This document shows, one piece after another, positions 11,747 to 22,879 of a stretch of DNA of 35,484 bases. A program made the position numbers and the translations under genes. The notes beneath the pieces were generated by a model that ran no database searches, was not told the DNA's origin, and saw only the letters and a program-made list of their open reading frames with translations. Source of the stretch: Thelocarpon superellum (Eukaryota); NCBI GenBank assembly GCA_026025795.1, contig JAPEUG010000156.1:1-35484 (forward strand). Reading direction: 5' to 3'. How positions within the stretch are numbered: the stretch's first letter is position 1; each line of letters opens with the position of its first letter.

Positions 11747-13448
11747 ATGCCGCACTCCACCACGCACGATATGACTGTGCCGGACGACGGGACCCTCCCC
11801 GATGCTCCGTCGGGAGAGCAAGGCACGGCCGTCAAAGCCGAGTCCGATGACGAACTCCCCGATGACGCCCCGGCGCCTGCGCCAGGCCAAGCAGACGTCA
11901 AGCTCGAGGACCTCTTCAGCGACCTGCCGGACGATGAAGACGACGAGAAGGATGAGTACTCGGGCGCAGCGGCAGCACCGGAAGACGCCAAGCCGGAAAT
12001 CCAGCGAGTGTACGGATCCGCCTCTCGTCGTCTACGTCAGCTGCTGACTGCGTTCCAGACAGAGTAACCCGTCGGACAGATACTCGGACCCCGAGATCAT
12101 GCGGTCCTTCTATCAGCGGCTCTTCCCCTTTCAATACCTGTTCTTGTGGCTGAATCATTCGCCGTCGCCCACGACGGATTTTGGTCATCGCGAGTTCGCC
12201 TTCACCTTGCAGAATGGCGCGTATCTTCGTTATCAGGCTTTTCCGACGGCGCATCTGTAGGTGGAACCGGGTTGAGCTTGGGAGGGACTGCTCCTTACTG
12301 TGGCTTGCGTAGTCTTCGGAAGGAGATTCTCCGGCTGAATCCGTCCCGGTTCGAGATCGGCCCCGTGTACACGGCGAATCCCCGAGATCGCAAGACGATG
12401 CGCAAGTCGGACAACTTCCGCCCGCTCGCCAAGGAATTGGTCTTCGATATCGATCTGACGGACTACGACTCGATCCGGACGTGCTGTGTCAAGACCAACA
12501 TCTGTCATAAATGCTGGTCCTTTGTCACCATGGCGATCAAGGTCGTGGACACGGCCCTACGGGAGGACTTTGGCTTCCAGCACATCCTCTGGGTCTACTC
12601 GGGACGTCGAGGTGCTCACGCGTGGATCTGCGACAAGCGGGCGCGCGAGATGGATGATCAGAAGCGCAAGGCCATCGCCGGCTACCTCGAGGTGATCAAG
12701 GGGGGCGAACAGAGTGGGAAGAGAGTCAACGTCAAGCGACCCTTGCACCCACATCTCAGGTACGGTTGTTGCGGTGTCCTCGTAGCAATACCCTCATTGA
12801 CATCGGGACAGTCGAAGTCTCGACATCCTTAAGGATCATTTCCAGGATGACATCTTGGCCGATCAGGATCCTTGGCTCGAAGACGAGCGGGCCGACCGAT
12901 TACTGCAGCTGCTACCGGACAGGTCGCTGAATGACGCGTTACGGAAGAAGTGGGACTCGGCACCGCACCGGCCCAGCATGAACAAGTGGGCGGATATTGA
13001 CGCGCTGGCCAAGACGGGGGCCAGTCGATCCCTCGACGCCAAAGCGCTACTGGAAGCCAAGCAAGACGTCGTGTTGGAGTACACGTATCCACGACTGGAC
13101 GTGGAGGTCAGCAAGAAGCTGATCCATCTGCTCAAAAGCCCCTTTGTCGTGCACCCTGGCACGGGGCGAGTCTGCGTGCCCATCGACCCGCGGAAGCTGA
13201 AGGGCTTTGATCCGCTTGGCGTGCCCACCGTCACGGAATTGTTGAGCGAGATTGACGCGTGGGATAGGGAGCACGGGTCGTCCATGGACGAAGGCGAGAC
13301 GAAGCGGACCCAAGACTATGAGAAGACGAGGTTGAAGCCGTACGTGGAGGTATTCAAGTCATTTGTGGCCTCGTTGATGAAGGACGAGGCGGGGGTGAAG
13401 AAGGAGCCTGAGGAGGGTGGAGCGGGCGCAGACGCGATGGAGTTTTGA
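11747..13448 (+). CDS. PRI1: DNA primase small (catalytic) subunit
   Basis: Introns 12010-12058, 12257-12312, 12760-12811. Motifs FYQRLFPF, HREFAFTL, PSRFEIGPVY, KELVFDIDLTDYD, CHKCW, WVYSGRRGAHAW, YPRLDVEVSK..HLLKSPFVVHPGTGRVCVP. Confidence 0.96.
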
Positions 13449-13498
13449 GGGAGATGAGCGTGGCGAAGGTGTGCTGATGATGGAATGGGGCATTGGGT

Positions 13499-13968
13499 TC
13501 ATCCATCGACCGCATCTTCCAAGACTTGTTTGATGTGTTGCACATAAACATCTGGATCATCTTGGGCGTCGACGAGCGACACGATGACCGTTTTATCCCT
13601 CGACTTGTGACCTTTTGCAACGTCCACCCTCGACTTTGGCACACCCAGGACCTACGAGATCATGCGTTAGACGTGGCCTGATTACGAGCCGGCTTTCCGC
13701 CGCCCGTGATAGTTTTGGTGGTAGTGGTGGTAGTGGTGGTAGTACCCACCTGGCTGATCAAATCTCGCACGGCTTTATTCGCCTCCCCTTCCCTCGCCTG
13801 AGCCGCGACACACAGCTCGATCACCGAGGCCGTTACGGCCGTGATGCCTTCTCGATTACTGCTGGCGCCTGGCTTGACGTGACATGTCAGGTGGAGGGAA
13901 TGAGTGGGGCGTTTGACTGTTTTGCTGGCGGGAGACGTTATGTAGCGTATGGCGTTTGTCATGGCCAT
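13499..13968 (-). CDS. DUF167 / YggU-like (UPF0235) protein
   Basis: Exon 13968..13750, intron 13749..13652, exon 13651..13499. Spliced: [13 protein letters not shown]...[43 protein letters not shown], matching the VKPGA / GEAN / G.KSR.K pattern of DUF167. Confidence 0.88.
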
Positions 13969-14649
13969 CGCATCTACTACCTTAGGTGTAGAACCGACGT
14001 CTTCCAGCAGTTGGGTGGTTCATCGGCAAATATCTTGCACCTCGGGCAATTCTCTTGTGGCAAGTCCGAGTAATTCTGAGAGCCGCTTTATCGCACCTGA
14101 CCTAAACCTGTAGGAATTAGAGCTGTAGTTAGAGCATGTTAGGTCAAGTGCACGTTCCAGGTAGGGAAAGGGCTTGACTGTACTCGCAATTCTGAATCGT
14201 ATCCACGTCATGTTGGAGACCAAGGAGGGACGGCAAAGCTTCCTACTTCCTAATTCCTACTCCCTTTCCCCGCTTCCCTCGTCTCTCGTCGATCGTAAAG
14301 GGAACGGGTTTGAATGAGACCCTACATGCGACCCCAGACTTACGTTTGGAAGCAGAAAGGCTGGTTATGTTGCCGCTGAAAGCAGGGTACACTTCGGTCT
14401 GGGCAGCTGGGGTAAATGTCGAGGTGGGGGAGCGACAATGCTGCAATACTGCTGAGTACTACCACGATCGTACTCGGCTATTAACACGGCACGCCAAGTC
14501 ACGAGACTACGCGAGTAATGGGCACGATCGCGAATAGCCTCCCAACTTGTGTTACCACTTGGTACGGTATGCCAACAACTTCGGACCAACGGGCTCCACG
14601 AATGGGCCAAGAACTTTGGCGGCATCTCAACGGCACCGTGGCAGTCGAC

Positions 14650-16231
14650 ATGGACAGCCATCATGTGGATGACTATGCAGTGGCGTTGCGACAGGAGTTG
14701 AAGGTGTGGGAACAGTCCTTTTCGGCTGCAAATGGGGGTCGAAAGGCCGGACGCGACGACATCAAGAAGGTCCCCACCATTGGTATGCCCCCCTACCATC
14801 ATGAACCACGACACCTTCTAAGGTAGGGGATTCCAGCGGCCAAGTACAAAGAATACACCAGGTTACGAGAGACTCCATCCACCAAGCACCAAGCACCCGC
14901 CCAAGTACGAGGGGCCGCGCCACCAACCGAGAGCGCGTCACCTTCGGAGCATCGGTCGAGGAAACGAAAGTCGACTCACGAGGTCCGAGAGGGTGGCTTT
15001 CGAACGCCGAGCAAGCGGAGTAAGACGGCATCTATCCCACAGAAGCAATATGTCGCGTCGCCGGACCAGTACGACTCGCCTTCCGTGCTCCGTACCATCA
15101 CGAACACGCCCACGCGACGGGCCACGATCGGACCAACGCCACAAAAGGACGGACAGATTCTGGGTCTCTTCGACTTGCTCGAAGACGCGCCAGCTGGTCC
15201 GGTCCCGACGCCTTTTGTCCATCTTGAATCCGTGACGCCTTCGAAGCAGGACCACAACGTCAGCACCAGCCCCGCCCATCGTACCCGCACTCCTGCGTCC
15301 AGCGGGAAGCGGTTCCTCCTCGATAGTTTCGTGACGCCGGCCAAGAGAAAAGCCAACGACATGACGACGCCATCGCGATCAGCGTCGAACATGCTCTTCT
15401 CGACGCCTGCGTTCCTTCGACGCGGCAGTCAACGGCCGCATCCGCTCCAAACACTGAATGAGGAGGGATCAGAGTCGCCAGGGATGTATCTCCCTCCCAA
15501 ACCATCCACCAAGGGCCTCAGTAGCATGTTGGCCAGTCTTCGACGAATGGAAGACGATCGACTGGATGAAGAATGGGATGTGATGAGGGAGATGGAGATG
15601 GAGAATGAGGGGTCAACGACGAGGGGTGCGCAGAAGGGCGACGAAGAGAACGCGGATGATGAAGAAGCAGGCGAGGGATTAGGAAGAGGCGGGAAACCAT
15701 TAAAGATTTGGAAGAAGAAGGGACAGAAGCGGACAACGAGACGGTTCATACGTGAGTCTGCACTTGCAATCGCATCAGGTCGAATCTTACTCATGATCGT
15801 TCATCTTAGTACGCCCGGTCCAGCAAAAAGCAAGCAAGCCAGCAAAGACAGTAACGACACGCTCGAGGTACGATCCCGACGGAGACGGAGTCGGAGGAGA
15901 GAACCACGACGCCCACGACGACACAACCGATGACGACGAGTTACAAGCGGAACGAAGTGCGAACATGGAAAAAGACGCGCGGTTGATCGCAGCAGAAATG
16001 AACCGGACCGGCGCGACCTTACGTCACGACACCCACGAAGGAGAAGAAGATCGTCCTCCCGACGGAGAAACCGAAAAGAAGGAGGGAGAAGGCATGAGAG
16101 AGAAGATCAAACGAAAGATCAAAGCGACGGCGCACTCGCATATGAATTTCCGCCGGCTGAAGATACGTGGGAATGGCTCTGCCTCTGCCTCTGCTTCTGC
16201 TCGAGGAAGGGGGAGGGGGAGACGGAGGTGA
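14650..16231 (+). CDS. SLD2: DNA replication regulator Sld2/Drc1
   Basis: Introns 14783-14836 and 15752-15809. N-terminal LRQELKVWEQSFSAANGGRKAGRDDIKK..IAAKYKEY (Sld2/RecQ4 N-domain), IGPTPQKDGQILGLFDLL, TPAFLRR, KGLSSMLASLR.ME, WKKKGQKRTTRR, C-terminal NFRRLKI; many S/T-P CDK sites. The in-frame ATG at 14518 is an alternative start. Confidence 0.88.
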
Positions 16232-16581
16232 TATTTTCCTTTGGCTTTTCTCTTAATACTTCTCCACCTTGTTGATGTTCTGTAGACATGTGGATACATG
16301 TGCCTAGGATATATCCGCGAATGAATCCATGAACGAATGAACAAGAGAGACAGACACAGCCGGGGGGCGGGCGGGGTGGTCGTTTCAGGAAAGTGGTCTC
16401 TGATCTTCTTCTCCTTCTTCTTCTAAATTACATACATAAAACGTATACACACATGCATGCACGATGCAACGAAGTTGGGAGCCCCACTAAATAACAACAT
16501 CATCGAAGAGAGAAACGGGGGGAAGGGAGAGAAGGGAGGAGCACAGATTCGAGAGGGATAGGAGGTGAGAGGTGTTCGTCC

Positions 16582-17809
16582 CTAAGACTCGACGAAAGAT
16601 TGCACATCTATGTCATGTCAGCTTCGGTTCTTGCTTCAACAAGGATCTGCACCGCAGGGAGGGAGAATCATACTAGACAACCATTGCAGATACTCGCGCT
16701 GTTCCTTGTAATCGATGTAGTCCGGCACAAAGAGAGCGAGGGCGGTGTTGACGCCGCGTTCGTCGAGATAGCGCTCGAGAAGGACCTGCAGATCCTCGTC
16801 GAGATTGCCAAAGGGCGGGCCGGAATAGGCGGATTTACGCGCAAAGGCGGCCTCGGCGGTGGATTCGTCCGCGAGGGCCGCGTTGGCGTGGTACGACACG
16901 TTCTCAATCACGACCATGCCGTCCTGTGCGATCGTCTCGATCTGGAGCGCGCCTTGTCCTGGCTTGGTGATGGTCACGTTCACGCGGGCCGGGAAGGAGG
17001 GCGATGGCTCGTCGAGGCTGCTCTCGTCTGCGGCGCTGTCGGACGCGTTGGCGCCGGAGCTGCTTGGGTTGGCGGGGGAGATTTCGTCTTCGGGAGCAAC
17101 GGCAATGTTGTCGTCCGATGTACGACCTGCGTTGATGGCCGACTTCGATTGCGCGCCGCCGGATTGTGTGGACTCGTCGGTCAGGGCCTCACCCTCCAGT
17201 TCTTCTTCATCTTCCAGGGCCCGCTCATCATACCGGTCCGCGTCTGCGTCGAAGGTGTTGAGATCTGCGACGGAGAAGACGACTCGGATCCTGGCAGAGT
17301 CAGTGTTGTAGTCGTCGGAAGAGACAGACCGCTTACTGCTCGTCGCCGAAATTTCGAGTGAGCACCACCTCTTCTTGTCCGGAGACATCTTCGATCTTCA
17401 TTGGTCAGTGTTGAGCCGCCGCATGGCTATCTCCATCACACACCTCAAATGGGCCATTCTCAAGATAATCCTTGACGCTGACCGGAACCTCATCGGAATC
17501 TCGCATCTCCTTTTCCATCTGCAGCTCCGATTCAATCTTGGCCACCAACTCCACATCCACTGTTCATCATTTAGCGTCATCCACGAGCTCATCCGGCAGA
17601 TTCATACCCTCTCCCTGCTTCTCCCAACGTATTCTCGATGTGGAAAAGGCGGCGCTCAACCGGGGAACTGCTGTTGCCATGGCCGTGGGAGCTTTGATCC
17701 ATGACGTCTGTAGCAGCGATGGTCGAGCGATGCGACTATGGACCACCGGGGTCGAGACCCGACGTCCCTGTCGTGCGACCGACCGTGTGAGAGCGCGAAT
17801 CGACAGCAT
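16582..17809 (-). CDS. MAM33: Mitochondrial acidic matrix protein Mam33 (C1QBP/p32, SuaPrgA1 family)
   Basis: Exons 17809-17608, 17559-17444, 17395-17337, 17290-16674, 16607-16582. Arg/Ser-rich presequence MLSIRALTRSVARQGRR, then ELVAKIESELQME, EVVLTRNFGDE.IRVVFSVADL, YSGPPFGNLDEDLQVLLERYLDERG, YIDYKEQREYLQWLSNVQSFVES. Confidence 0.93.
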
Positions 17810-18151
17810 GGTGACCGAGGATATCGAAGTCGCGTGTGTGACCACTTCTAGACCCGGTGGGATATGGTTGCAGCTCGGAGATGTGATGCTCGATACTGCA
17901 GATGGACGGGGCTGAAGAAAGATGTGAGTTGCGCTGGTTAGCTGACACCTAGTTCGCTTGTTAGGTAAGCTGAGCTACGAATTGGCGAAGTTGACGGAGA
18001 AATTCACAACGTGCCTCGAACGGGTTAGTGTCTTTTTTCTTACAACACCAGAAACTGGCCCAATCACGTGCACGAGAACATGGCGCACCAAACACCCCAA
18101 TTCACCCACCGTCTTTACAAATTGCCCAGCTATATACATCCGTGGTCTACA

Positions 18152-18193
18152 TCACACATCTCCATCTCACACATCTCCATCTCACACATCTCC
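18152..18193. repeat. 15-bp tandem repeat (TCACACATCTCCATC) x2.8
   Basis: Read directly; lies just downstream of the small secreted protein stop codon. Confidence 0.85.
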
Positions 18194-18194
18194 G

Positions 18195-18802
18195 TCATAC
18201 CGGCTCTTCAGGACTATTCGAGTTCGCTTGTCCCCCATCTGCCGATGATTCCATTGAATTCGTCAGTTCGGGCGGCTCCCCAAACTTGACGGTCCCCAAT
18301 GCCTCGGGCTCCGGCGCACCATTTGGGGGAGTGGCGTATTCACGATGAACACCGCAGCTGGCCACCACATAGTTGCTCTGGCTAAAGGCGCGAGAGATCG
18401 CCCCTGCTTGTTCCCCTGGTGCCGAGGAATAACAAGCCGTCGATACTTGGTCAACTCTCGTCGTCGCGTTGCGGCAGAGCCAGTCTTGGTAGAAGGTGTA
18501 ATTGCAGTTGCCTCCATTGTCAACAGGCTGCCTGAACGATTGGAACCCCTTGGTGACGGCTATTTGCCAGCATGTGTTGGTCTTGATGGCGCCCTTCTTG
18601 ATCTCGTCTCCTTGCGTGCAATGGCCATCCGAGTACGTCGTGAGGTAGGCCCGATACGTCGGCGGCTCCAGCGATGCCGAGTCCCGTGGAGCCCGTGAGC
18701 CCGTCGCCACGGCGGCCCACCAACAGAAGGTGAGGACCTATGCGTTACGCGTCAGCATACGTGCCGAGAAGGAGGGCAGATCCTTACGCCGAAGGTGCGC
18801 AT
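18195..18802 (-). CDS. Small secreted cysteine-rich protein (about 185 aa), unknown family
   Basis: Exon 1 18802..18788 (MRTFG), intron 18787..18738 (GTAAGG...GCTGAC...TAG), exon 2 18737..18195 in frame with the 171-aa ORF. Splicing yields the signal-peptide-like MRTFGVLTFCWWAAVATG; six Cys in the mature part; acidic Pro/Ser tail. Confidence 0.75.
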
Positions 18803-20530
18803 CACGACGGCCCCTCCACCCCGACTCGAGATGGAGATGCAGCGTAGGGCAGAGGTCCCAAGAAGTCGTGGGCGTGGAAACGACACTTAGGGGGCCATGG
18901 ACGAAAAGATGGGAGCTAGCATAAGGATCGTAAAATGGACCTCAGGGGTCTGTCGCGCTCGACACTGACGGTCGGTGCCGGCGTGCGGTGGCAGGGCTCC
19001 AGAGGTGCACGATCGAATGACGGCCAATGCCTCGGGGAGCTGCGCCAATATATACATACAGCTATCAGAGGCTACCAGCAGGCGCCCCCACAACGGCCTG
19101 GCAAGCCATCGGGAGGGCGCCCCCGTGGCTTCGCTCAGTCCGACCGCGTAGGAGGGGTGGACGGTGGTGCCCGCCGATGCGAGGACAGGCGTGCAACAGA
19201 GCGAAACATCCGCAGGCTAGGATTGCCCGAGCTGATTGGACACCGAGCCAAAAGTCAACCTCGCACTTGCGCCATTGATGGCATGCGTAGCCACGTTGTG
19301 CACGTGCAACAACAGCCATGAATCGAGCTTGTCCAACACACCGAACACGACGGCATTCTAGCGTGCGCCAAGCGAGGAACAGCTTTGCGTGCGTGGAGGA
19401 GGGTTGAGACGGCGGTCGGATCTCATCAACCGGTTGAGAAGCCGTGGGTTTGGCGCTTGCAAAGCTTCGCACCCATTTCCGGACGGCTGATAGGATGTGT
19501 CGATGTGTTCAGGCGCGCAATCTGTGGACGCGCAAGTGTGCCTGCGACCCAGGTCGTGGGTCGCCCGTCGCCGCCCGGACCGATATAGCCAGGCATGATG
19601 TGCTCGTATCCTACGCGTTGGCTCATGCCAGGCCTCTGCTATAAGTGGCGAAAACTCTTCGATGCGATCAATGCGCAGGGAGGAATCACATGCGCCGAGG
19701 AGCGGAATCCGGCCCAGATGCATCACCCCACTCTCCATTGACTGTTCGCCTGCGCGTCTGCTCGTCTGCTCGTTTGGCCTGGCGAGCAACATGCGAGTAC
19801 CCATCCCACGGCCAAGCGGGTCAACACTCAATCGCGAGCTGGCACTCGAGATGATGTCATCAACTCTGCGATCCTTCGCTTTAACCGTCAATTTCCGCCG
19901 ACCCAACTAACATACTTCTAATAGTATTAGTACTAGCCGCCACCCTGTGGTTCGCGAAGATGGGTTGAATTTCACAGAGCCGGTCGCGATGGAGTCAAGC
20001 TGATTATGACCAAACTTAGTCCATCCCGAGAGTCATGCAAACCCGCTTGACATGGTTTTTGGCCAGTTTTTGCAAAGATTCGACATCGTCTTCGCGAACT
20101 ACAGACGTACTAACTACCAGCAGTTGTTAGTCTTAGAGCATTTGTTCGTCTTAGTAAGGCTAGTAAGGTGCCGCGTCCCTTGAAGCTACTCGCATCCTGA
20201 CTAAGACACAGCTCCTGCCCTTCGCTTCGCCGGACCTTGTCGCCAGGCGCGACCGCGTCGAGGATGCTAGTGCGGATAGTCTGGTACTGTGAGGACGTGC
20301 CGGAGCTGGTGCAGAGCGTCGGTCCGACCGACACAACAACCATGGCACCTCTGGCATGCTCATGAAACGCCTTGGTTTGCTCCACAAGGTGCACTAACCC
20401 ATTCCTCGAATGATGGATTGGTAGTTGGACTATCTGCGTAGTCGAGGCCAATGTAGGCCGCTGGCCCGTCGGGGGTAAACAAAGCGCTCGACCTAGGGGC
20501 CTCCGCCTCGGTGCACCGTGGCCTTCCACC

Positions 20531-22879
20531 ATGGGCATCTCAGGTACGAATCATGCCCTCCCGTCATAGGGCCGGGCTCACGATGCTTCAGGCTTGCTGC
20601 CGCTGCTCAAATCCATTCACAAGCCCTGCAACATCAAGAAGTTCGCCGGACAAACCGTTGGCGTCGACGCCTATGGATGGCTCCACCGAGCCACCGTGGC
20701 CTGTGCCATGGAGCTGGCCCTCGACCGTCCCACGCGAAAGTAAGTCATCGAGCCATCATCGAGCCGGCAACGACTCATCTCCGTCAGACATGTCGACTTC
20801 GCGATGCACCGGGTCCGCATGTTGCAACACTACGGCGTCATTCCCTTTCTCGTCTTCGACGGCGACTACCTCCCCAGCAAGGCGGCCACCGAAGCCGATC
20901 GGGCGAAGAAGCGCGAGGAGAGCAAGCGGCAGGGATTGGAGCTGCATCGGCGGGGCAAGACCGCCCAGGCCTACGCCGAGCTGCAGAAGGCGGTCGATGT
21001 CACGCCAGAGATGGCGGGACAGTTGATCGATAGCCTGAAGCGTGCCGGCGTGCAGTACCTCGTGGCGCCCTACGAGGCCGACGCACAGCTCACCTACCTC
21101 GAGCGGCAGGGCATCATCTCCGCCATCCTCTCCGAGGATTCGGATCTGCTCGTCTTCGGCGCCCAGTGCCTGCTGACCAAGTTGGACCAGTACGGCGAGT
21201 GCGTCGAGATCAACCGGGCCGACTTCTCGGCCTGCCGCGACATCAGCCTGGCCGGGTGGTCGGATGAGGAGTTCCGGCGGATGGCCATCCTAAGCGGATG
21301 CGACTACCTGGCCAGCATCAACAAGATGGGCTTGAAGACGGCCTACCGCCTGGTGCGGAAACACAAGCACATCGGGGCCATCGTCCGCGTTCTTCAATTC
21401 GACGGGCATTTCCGCGTGCCCGCGGGATATGTCGAGGCCTTTCACCAAGCCGAGCTCACCTTTCTCCATCAACGCGTCTTCTGCCCGCTGCAAGAGGCCC
21501 TCGTCTTCCACACCGATGCCGTCACGCCAGGGCGCGAGGATGAGTGGCCCTTCATCGGGCGCATGGTCGCGCCCGAGATCGCGCGTGGCGTGGCGCGGGG
21601 CGAGCTCCATCCCATGACCAAGGAACCGCTCCGGATCCCCGTCATGCCGGACGGCGCGACGCGCACCCCGTGGCCGGCGTCGACCAGGCCACCGCTGCGG
21701 ACGGCGTCCACGGGGGCCTTGGACCTCAAGGGCAACAAGCGCATCGACACCTTTCTTCAGCACAAGCGGACGCCCCTGGCCGAGCTGGACCCCAACAGCT
21801 TCACACCCTCGCCGACGCAGCAGCGGCTGCTTCGGCAACACTCGTCGACCTCGTGGGCGGCCAGTCCGACGCCGGCCACCTCTCGCTTGTCCCGATCAAG
21901 CACCTCCGTTATGCCTCTGCCGGCATCCGAGTCCGATGCAACCGGTGACGACCGTTTGACCCCCGCCGCTGCTCCCTGGTCCCGGTCTGGCATGGCGCCA
22001 CGACCCCCCAAACGGCCTCGTCTCTGCGCCGATGATGACGCCCTTTCAGCGAGCGGGACAGCTAACGCGGAGCTTGAGCGAAGCCGTTTCTTTACAACAT
22101 CGAGCGCTTCGTTAGCCTCGGAAGAGAGCAAGGTGAGCGGCACGAGAGCGGCCAAGAAGGTGGATCGCACCATCTTCTCGGACGACTCCGTTGAAGACGT
22201 GATGGCTGGCATGGCGGATGGGTGTGATTCAGCGCGATCACCAAAGGCGAGCCGGATCTCCATCTTCCAGGATGACCCCCAGATTTTCGTCCCCAGGGCC
22301 GCGGGTGACATCTGCGCTGGAGCTGGTCCTCGGGATGACAGTGATGCTGAGAATCGGGCACGGAAGACTCCGACGGCCAGCGGGCCACGGAGCGTCACGG
22401 CGCTAAAAGCACTGACGAAGAATTACACCTACCAAGCGACACGTTCCCAAGAGGTCAAGGCGAGCGTAACGTCTGCGACCGAGGCATCACCATCATCGCC
22501 CAAGGTCGTAAATCCCAGACCCCGACCGGAACCATCGATGAAGGCGGCGTCAACGCCGCTCCAGCGATTGGGGATCGGAGCCCTTCGTCGGGCGCAGTCG
22601 TGCCATTCGATTCAGCCGCCGCCCCCGCTGTCCGTTTCATCGTGCACCACCGCGCCGCCTACTGCCTCTGCGGCCCCCTCATCCGCTCGACGACGAATCG
22701 ATCTCGGCCTAGATGCCGATGCTGCAGTGATGGGCGAGGGAATAATCTGCGGTAGTGAGGATCTGATCGTCCCGGACAGTGACGACAGCGACGACGCCGG
22801 CGAGCTGTCCCCCATCCGCACGGATGAGGGCGCGAAAGCGACCGTAGACTTGGAGAGCTTCCTCTTTGTCCCCGGATGA
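20531..22879 (+). CDS. EXO1: Exonuclease 1 (XPG/Rad2 family)
   Basis: Introns 20544-20591 and 20740-20787. MGISGLLPLLKSI...VGVDAYGWLHRA, LVFDGDYLPSK, LVAPYEADAQL, SEDSDLLVFG, ILSGCDYL H3TH motif, TFLHQRVFCP; long disordered C-terminus. Confidence 0.96.

Noticed and set aside
14086..14120. CTGAGA...ACCTGA...GTAGGAA on the + strand, reminiscent of a TPP riboswitch
   Set aside because: Lacks the P5 loop and AAT..C.GCG core; no thiamine-related gene adjacent.
20100..20220. TpA-rich stretch suggesting a RIP-mutated transposon relic
   Set aside because: Short, with no terminal repeats and no transposase or RT similarity in any frame.
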